From: Hydrogenothermus sp.
Lineage (GTDB): Bacteria; Aquificota; Aquificia; Aquificales; Hydrogenothermaceae
DNA: 32,724 nt
Direction of reading: 5' to 3'
Assembly (NCBI GenBank): GCA_003978675.1
Contig: QNYP01000031.1
Span: forward strand, 1 to 32,724
The notes beneath the pieces were generated by a model. That model did no database searches. It saw nothing but the letters and a program-made list of their open reading frames with translations, and had not been told where the DNA came from. Every line of letters starts with the position of its first letter. The stretch's first letter is position 1. Shown here piece after piece: positions 26,950 through 32,724 of this stretch. The position numbers were made by a program, and so were the translations under genes.

Positions 26950-28311
26950 TTAATGGGTAGTACAAACAGAACAAACATCAAAACTTCTTACTACCATTTC
27001 TGCTTTTAGTTTATCACTAAGTCCTATAATTGCCTTTTCTGCAGGAGATAGATAGTTTTTACATCTTGTTCCTAAATTCCAAACAGTTGGAGTTATAATA
27101 TCATATTTTTCTATTTTTCCCTCTTTAGCTATAACTTTATGAATTAAAGAACCTCTAGCTGCTTCACAAAAACCGTAAGCTTGTCCTTCTAAATTTTTAA
27201 TGTCTACTTTAGGTTTTATGTAGGATGGTTCATTTAAGTTAATGTTTAATAAATATTTTTTTATAGCCACCAAAATCTTACCAATTTCGTCAACTCTAGC
27301 CCATATTCTTGGAATATAATAACCTTTAAAATTTTTAGTTAAATTAATAAATAATTCATCCTCATTGTTTATTCTTCTAGCGAGAGGTCCTGTTTCGAAA
27401 GGTTTTCCTTCATACCTTGGAGCTTTAGCCCATGAATATTTTCCTTTTGAAAATTTAGATTTTCCATTTTCTAAAAATGAAAAGGTTTCTATTTCTTCAA
27501 CTTTACTTACATCAAAATTACATTTCTTTCTTCTTGTTACTCCTTGAGATATAAATGGACTAACATTACATACTGTTAAAAATCTATCGTAAGCTTTTCC
27601 TATATCTGAAAATCCAAGTTTAATGGCTTCCTCTATAATTTTTTTTAAATCTCCTTTTGATTTTTCTAAAAATTCTTCAAGAAATTTTATAGAAAAGTAA
27701 TCATCTATATTCATTCCAATTACATCATTTTCAAAATACTCTAAAACATTATCAACGATAGAAATTGCTTCCATCAATTCCATTTGTGTTGGCTCACACA
27801 TTACACCACCAGGGATACTGTAAGAAGTATGAGGCCACTGTCCTCCAAAAATCGCTATAATTTTAACAATTTTAGAACTGTAATATACAGCTTTACGCCA
27901 TTTTTCTCCTTTTATGGGATAAAAGTCTTTTAAGTCTGTATTAAATTTCAAGAAATCTGGAATAACAAATAAATAAAACCATCTTATGTGGTTTTGAATT
28001 ATTTCACAGGATAAAGTAATATTACGGATAAGCTGTGCTTTTTGTGAAACTTCTATTTCATACCCGTTTTCTCTATATAAATTTTCTAAAGCGTTAGTAG
28101 TAGCTATAAGATGTGCATGACCACATATTCCACAAACACGAGGAGTTATAACAAGAGCATCCAATAAAGGCTTGTTTTCTAGTATAAATTCAAAACCTCT
28201 GAAGTTTGGAGCTATAATGAACGCGTCTTTTATCCTCCCCTTTTCCCATACAAGTTTAAGTTCTACTTCTCCCTCAACTCTGTTTAAAATCCTTTTTTCT
28301 ACTTTAGCCAT
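26950..28311 (-). CDS. Group 2d cytoplasmic [NiFe]-hydrogenase large subunit, no C-terminal extension
   Basis: NRVEGE, RVCGICGHAH, ends FDVCSVCTTH-stop. Confidence 0.88.
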   Translation of the reverse strand: MAKVEKRILNRVEGEVELKLVWEKGRIKDAFIIAPNFRGFEFILENKPLLDALVITPRVCGICGHAHLIATTNALENLYRENGYEIEVSQKAQLIRNITLSCEIIQNHIRWFYLFVIPDFLKFNTDLKDFYPIKGEKWRKAVYYSSKIVKIIAIFGGQWPHTSYSIPGGVMCEPTQMELMEAISIVDNVLEYFENDVIGMNIDDYFSIKFLEEFLEKSKGDLKKIIEEAIKLGFSDIGKAYDRFLTVCNVSPFISQGVTRRKKCNFDVSKVEEIETFSFLENGKSKFSKGKYSWAKAPRYEGKPFETGPLARRINNEDELFINLTKNFKGYYIPRIWARVDEIGKILVAIKKYLLNINLNEPSYIKPKVDIKNLEGQAYGFCEAARGSLIHKVIAKEGKIEKYDIITPTVWNLGTRCKNYLSPAEKAIIGLSDKLKAEMVVRSFDVCSVCTTH

Positions 28312-28313
28312 AG

Positions 28314-29237
28314 CTATTCAGTATCTTCCAGTTTTTTAGAAACTCTTTCGTTTTTTAAAGTTTTTGCTACTCCAGAAATCATAATATATGCTCTTTTTGA
28401 AACACCTAAAGGAATATCTTCAGGTATTCCCATATTTTTCTTTGTATCAAAAAAGTTTTCTCTTACAGGGAAATTAAACTCTGTGCAACCTATACATGGC
28501 ATTCCTGCCCTTGTTTTTGATGATATTCTATTCCACAAAATTTTATTACAAGGGGCATGTGTCATAGGACCTCTACAACCAAGGTTGTAAAACAAACACC
28601 CCTCTTTATGTCCAAATTCTTCTGCTTCTGTTTTCCATTCAAAATATTCATTTCTTGTGCATCCATCATGAGGAAGATACATGAAAATTTCCTTTGGTCT
28701 GTTAAATTTATCTAGAGAAATCTTTCTATCATAGTAAAGAGCCATTAAAACTTGTGTAAACCAGGCAGGATGTATAGGACAGCCGGTAATATTAATTACA
28801 GGATATCCAGATTTCGTTTTAAAATCAGAAGGTAGTAATCCTTTTTTTTCTTCAAATTTAAATTGAAGACCACAAATATCTTTATTTTCTCTATAAACTG
28901 CAGGTAAATTGCCATGAACAGCACAATTTCCAACAGCAATAATATATTCAGCTTTATCTTTTAATTTGTTTACTAAATCTGATATTGAATAATTTCCAAT
29001 TTTACAAAAATTTTTATTTTTAGTAATAGCTCCTTCAACAATTAGAAAATCTAATTTTATTTCTTTATCAAGAATTTTATCTATGATTTCATTCAAATTG
29101 TTTTCTATAGACAAAGATGGATGGTATAAAAGGTTTATTTTAGAAAAAATTTCATAAATATATGGATTTTCAGCATTTAATAAAGATTGAGTATTTCCAT
29201 TACAGGTTAAGCCTTGAAGCCAAAGTAAAGTTTTCAT
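28314..29237 (-). CDS. Group 2d cytoplasmic [NiFe]-hydrogenase small subunit; start probably 29237; no Tat signal
   Basis: MKTLLWLQGLTCNGNT, ITGCP, HDGCTRNEYF, GCLFYNLGCRGP, GMPCIGC. Confidence 0.88.
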   Translation of the reverse strand: MKTLLWLQGLTCNGNTQSLLNAENPYIYEIFSKINLLYHPSLSIENNLNEIIDKILDKEIKLDFLIVEGAITKNKNFCKIGNYSISDLVNKLKDKAEYIIAVGNCAVHGNLPAVYRENKDICGLQFKFEEKKGLLPSDFKTKSGYPVINITGCPIHPAWFTQVLMALYYDRKISLDKFNRPKEIFMYLPHDGCTRNEYFEWKTEAEEFGHKEGCLFYNLGCRGPMTHAPCNKILWNRISSKTRAGMPCIGCTEFNFPVRENFFDTKKNMGIPEDIPLGVSKRAYIMISGVAKTLKNERVSKKLEDTE

Positions 29238-29239
29238 TT

Positions 29240-29836
29240 TTAACCAGCTTTTAAAGCCCTCCATATATTTTCTGCAAGTTCATCTGCATATTCTATAAGA
29301 GTTTTCATAAGCATATTTTCACCTTTTAAGAAAACAAGACCTCCAAGAGGTCCCATAACTGTAACAAAAGCAGTAAACAAATCTTGATTTCTTAAATCTC
29401 CTTTTCTGACACCTTCTTCTAGAAATAGCATTATTTCTGTTACAACTTCTTGAACACATAAAAAGCCTTCACAACCTCCTGAAAAAACTTCTCTATTTGA
29501 TAGGAAAACTCTTAAAAAATAATCTATAAGTTCTGGATTTTCCTCAGCAATCTTTATAAATCTTCTAACTAGTAAAGAGATTTTTTCTTTTGTTGATATG
29601 TTCATTTCATTTATTTTTTTGATTTCTTCGCCTAGTAAACTTGAAGAATACTGCATTATATATTTAGCAAGTTCTTCTTTACTTTTAAAATAGTTGTATA
29701 AATTTCCTACACTCATACCTAGTTCTTTTGCTATGTCAGGTATTGTTGTGTTGTAATAGCCTTGCTGGGCAAAAAGTTTGCATGCAACTTTAACTATTTC
29801 TAACTTTTTCTTTTCCTTTTGGATAGCCTTCGGCAA
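29240..29836 (-). CDS. TetR/AcrR-family transcriptional regulator
   Basis: LFAQQGY..TTIPDIAKELGMSVGNLYNYFKSKEEL HTH; TTG start with AGGAGG SD. Confidence 0.95.
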   Translation of the reverse strand: MPKAIQKEKKKLEIVKVACKLFAQQGYYNTTIPDIAKELGMSVGNLYNYFKSKEELAKYIMQYSSSLLGEEIKKINEMNISTKEKISLLVRRFIKIAEENPELIDYFLRVFLSNREVFSGGCEGFLCVQEVVTEIMLFLEEGVRKGDLRNQDLFTAFVTVMGPLGGLVFLKGENMLMKTLIEYADELAENIWRALKAG

Positions 29837-29849
29837 AATAAGCCTCCTA

Positions 29850-30611
29850 TTAATTTCTAAGAGACAATTTTAATTTTAAATAGTTTATCCATTTATCTAA
29901 ACCTTCTCCAGTCTTTGTAGAAATTTGGATAACATCCATTTTAGGATTTAAAGTCCTAGCTTCTTCAATAGCTTTTTTTACATCAAAATCAAAATAAGGA
30001 AGAAGGTCTATTTTTGTTATAAGCATAAGGTCAGCGCTTTTAAACATGACAGGATATTTTGCAGGTTTATCATCACCCTCTGGAACAGATAGTAAAACAA
30101 CATTTATATGGGTTCCTATATCATAAGATGCAGGACATACTAAATTTCCAACATTTTCAACAAAAACAATATCAAGTTCTTCTAATGGCATATGATGTAT
30201 TCCATCATGAACCATAAATGCATCTAGATGACAAGCCTGTCCTGTCGTTATTTGATAAGCGGGGACTCCTTTGGCTTTTATTCTTTCTGCGTCTCTATTT
30301 GTTTCTAAGTCTCCTTCTATAACACCTATTTTAGTTTCATTTCCAAGAATTTCTACAGTTTTTTCAAGTAGTGTAGTTTTTCCTGCTCCGGGAGAGCTCA
30401 TAAGATTTACAGCTAGTATTCCATATTTGTCAAAATGTTTTCTATTACTTTCAGCCTGTTTATCATTGGCATCAAGAATTTTGGTAATAACCTCCACAGT
30501 TTTTTTATCCTCAATAGCTGGATTTGTATGGTGATGATGTTCGTGATTATGCTCATGTTTATGTTCATGTGAGTTATTATCTGTTATTGAACAACCGCAA
30601 TCTCTACACAT
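29850..30611 (-). CDS. hypB: Hydrogenase nickel-insertion GTPase HypB
   Basis: MCRDCGC, His-rich stretch, SSPGAGKTT, CHLDA, ENVGNLVCP, TKIDL. Confidence 0.98.
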   Translation of the reverse strand: MCRDCGCSITDNNSHEHKHEHNHEHHHHTNPAIEDKKTVEVITKILDANDKQAESNRKHFDKYGILAVNLMSSPGAGKTTLLEKTVEILGNETKIGVIEGDLETNRDAERIKAKGVPAYQITTGQACHLDAFMVHDGIHHMPLEELDIVFVENVGNLVCPASYDIGTHINVVLLSVPEGDDKPAKYPVMFKSADLMLITKIDLLPYFDFDVKKAIEEARTLNPKMDVIQISTKTGEGLDKWINYLKLKLSLRN

Positions 30612-30625
30612 AATAGTCCTCCAAA

Positions 30626-30672
30626 AGTGAATGGATATTCATTAAATATAACAAATTTAAATATAAAGTCAA
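30626..30672 (-). promoter_or_regulatory. hypB-tetR operon promoter with operator over the predicted TSS (site 4)
   Basis: TTGACT (30672-30667), 16 bp, TATATT (30650-30645); AGTGAAT-ggat-ATTCATT at 30626-30643. Confidence 0.72.
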
Positions 30673-30681
30673 ATTTACTTT

Positions 30682-31575
30682 TTAATATAACTCTACAAAT
30701 ATATCCCCAGTGTTTCCGTTTTTGTTTTTAAATCCTTCGCCTTTTATTTTTATTATATCGCCAGCTTGAATATTAGGTGGTAATCTTACAGTTAATTTTT
30801 CTCCATTTAGATTAAAAATATAGAATTTTCTTTCTTGTTTTATTTTTTCTGTTAGTTTTATCTTTGTAAAAAGATTTAGCCCCTTTTTTTCAAAAACAGG
30901 ATGATATTTTAAGAAAATTTTTATATATAAGTTTCCATTCTTTCCTCCATTTAAACCTTCGTTACCTTCATTTTCAAATAGTATAGTAAAACCCGTTTCA
31001 ACCCCAGCAGGGATTTTTATTTTTTTGTGTTTTTTAACTTTTATTTGTTTTCTTCCTCCACATTTTATGCATGGATTTTCTATAACAAAGCCTTTTCCTT
31101 TGCACACTGGACAGGGAATTCTTAAAGAAAGTAAGTTTTTATTACCATTTCCGTTGCAAGTTTGACACTTTTCAATAGAAGAATTTTCATCTAAACCTGT
31201 AGCTTTACATACAGGACAGTTTTCAACTTTAAAGTAATTTATATCTATAATAGTTCCCCTATATGCCTCCTCAAGTGATAGTTCAACTTTTATTTTTATG
31301 TCTTTTCCTTTTTTTGAAATATCTTCAGAAAAAAATCTGTTTAACAGATTTTCTATTTTTCCTAAAATCTCAGGTTTAGAAGATATAGTTTTGTCATACT
31401 CTTTTCTTTTTTTAGGGTCTGATAAAGTTTCATAGGCTTTTGTTAAAAGTTTGAATATTTCCTCCCCCTCTTTGTTTACATCAGGATGGTATTTTTTTGC
31501 CTTTTCCCTAAATGCTTTTTTTATTTCTTCATAAGATGCGTCTTTGGAAACACCCAAAAGTTTATAAAAGTCCAT
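30682..31575 (-). CDS. dnaJ: DnaJ-family co-chaperone (short form)
   Basis: J-domain KYHPD, four CxxCxxxG-type repeats, C-terminal peptide-binding domain. Confidence 0.85.
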   Translation of the reverse strand: MDFYKLLGVSKDASYEEIKKAFREKAKKYHPDVNKEGEEIFKLLTKAYETLSDPKKRKEYDKTISSKPEILGKIENLLNRFFSEDISKKGKDIKIKVELSLEEAYRGTIIDINYFKVENCPVCKATGLDENSSIEKCQTCNGNGNKNLLSLRIPCPVCKGKGFVIENPCIKCGGRKQIKVKKHKKIKIPAGVETGFTILFENEGNEGLNGGKNGNLYIKIFLKYHPVFEKKGLNLFTKIKLTEKIKQERKFYIFNLNGEKLTVRLPPNIQAGDIIKIKGEGFKNKNGNTGDIFVELY

Positions 31576-32196
31576 TTATGTTATGTCTTCTTTTTCTTCT
31601 TCCTCTACTGGAACTGCAACAACCACTTTAGCTGGTCTTATTACTTTTCCTTTGTAGATATATCCTTTTTGTAAAACTTTTACTATCTGGTTTGGTTTAT
31701 ATTCATTTGTTTTATATGTGTCTAAAACTTCATGTAAATTAGGGTCAAATTCTCCGTCTGCAATGATTTCTTGAATTCCATTATCTTGTAGAAATTTTAC
31801 AAGTTGGTAATGTATCATCTGAACACCTTTAGAAAGGGCAGAAATATCATCTGAAACTTTTGCACTTTCTATTGCTTTTTCAAAGTTATCAATAATATCT
31901 AAAAGCCCCTTTACTATTCTTAATAATCCTTCATCTTTAGCTTCTTCTTTTTCTTTAATTGTTCTAACTCTAAATCTTTCAAAATCCTGCTGGAGAGTTT
32001 GGTATAAAGCACTTATTTTTTTTGCTTGTTCTTCTGTTTTCTTTAGTTTTTCTTCAAGCTCTTTAAGTTTTTGTTCTAGATTTTGATTTTTTCCAAATTT
32101 TTCTTCATTTTGAGAGCCTTCTTCTACTACTTCCTGTTCCTCATTTTTTTCTTCTATTTCTACTTTTACTTCTTCATTTTTATTTTGTTCTTCCAT
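31576..32196 (-). CDS. grpE: Nucleotide exchange factor GrpE
   Basis: DFERFR, FDPNLHE, LQKGY..KGKVIRPAKVVV. Confidence 0.95.
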   Translation of the reverse strand: MEEQNKNEEVKVEIEEKNEEQEVVEEGSQNEEKFGKNQNLEQKLKELEEKLKKTEEQAKKISALYQTLQQDFERFRVRTIKEKEEAKDEGLLRIVKGLLDIIDNFEKAIESAKVSDDISALSKGVQMIHYQLVKFLQDNGIQEIIADGEFDPNLHEVLDTYKTNEYKPNQIVKVLQKGYIYKGKVIRPAKVVVAVPVEEEEKEDIT

Positions 32197-32269
32197 TTAG
32201 ACCATATCCTCCATAATGTATTATTTTTATAAAATCTGTATCAAAAAATATTATTTTTCAAGAACTAAA

Positions 32270-32724
32270 TTATAAAAATATATCTTCTCCAAATGTAGTT
32301 AAATCAATAAATTCATCAGCTTTTTCTATAAGCTCTTTAGCTGCAGTTTGTTTAAATGCCGCAATTTCTACTTTCACACCTTTTGTATGTAAATACTTAA
32401 CTAAATCTGCAAAATCTCCATCCCCAGTTGCTAATATGGCAACATCAACCTTTTCTGCCATGGCTATGGCATCCATTGCAATTCCCATATCCCAATCTGC
32501 TTTTATTGTTGTCCAAAGGTTTCCATCTTCATCTAGTCTTTTAAAAATTTTTGGTTCTTTAACTTTTACTTCATATCCAATGTGTTTTAATGTGTTTATA
32601 AACCCTTTTTGGTCTACTCCTTGAAGCTTTATTAGATATGCAATTGCTCTGATTAAGATTCTATCGTTTAAGATTTTGTGTAAAACTTTTTCAAAATCTA
32701 CTTTTCTATTAAAAGCATCTCTTG
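32270..32724 (-). CDS. NYN/LabA/DUF88 (PIN-like) protein, 5' end outside the window
   Basis: Frame open to the window edge: RDAFNRKVDFEK...KADWDMGIAMD...TGDGDF...GVKVE...ADEFIDL. Confidence 0.88.
   Translation of the reverse strand, partial: RDAFNRKVDFEKVLHKILNDRILIRAIAYLIKLQGVDQKGFINTLKHIGYEVKVKEPKIFKRLDEDGNLWTTIKADWDMGIAMDAIAMAEKVDVAILATGDGDFADLVKYLHTKGVKVEIAAFKQTAAKELIEKADEFIDLTTFGEDIFL

Noticed and set aside
30531-30570. Short catg/gaa-type repeats in hypB
   Set aside because: They simply encode the normal His-rich Ni-binding stretch; not a CRISPR or DNA repeat.
32197-32214. Mini-ORF MEDMV-stop directly abutting the grpE ATG
   Set aside because: It has no SD of its own and is largely made of the grpE SD; likely coincidental.
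2474-32624. Numerous 60-145 aa plus-strand ORFs in the ORF track (e.g. 8352-8789, 13028-13357, 24359-24727)
   Set aside because: All are antisense shadows of well-supported minus-strand genes, with biased composition (many F/S/I/L-rich) and no motifs.

Overview
AT-rich bacterial chromosome segment, most likely from a thermophilic hydrogen-oxidising Aquificota (Hydrogenothermaceae-like; inferred from gene content). The left part is mostly housekeeping: a frameshifted hsp20 whose first half is duplicated in inverted orientation at the window start, trpE, a diguanylate cyclase, dapE, iclR, tRNA-Asp/tRNA-Val, a sirtuin with a CXXCH membrane protein, a tautomerase, an NtrC-type regulator and alr (apparent ATA start). 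A ~20 kb minus-strand hydrogen/nickel island follows: hypB-tetR-group 2d hydrogenase S/L, group 1b hydABC-hydD-hydE, hypC, an orphan HAMP protein, hypDEA, three exported His-first proteins, nikMQO and hypF. The window ends with dnaJ, grpE and a partial NYN/LabA gene. The best signal is a palindrome, ARTGAAT-N4-ATTCAYT, found in five copies (one degenerate) in four sigma70-type promoter regions: hypB-tetR-2d hydrogenase, hydA (twice), nikM and a distant CXXCH-membrane-protein/sirtuin pair. It points to a TetR-controlled H2/Ni regulon, possibly signalled by the unprocessed group 2d hydrogenase rather than by a HoxJ/HoxA two-component system.
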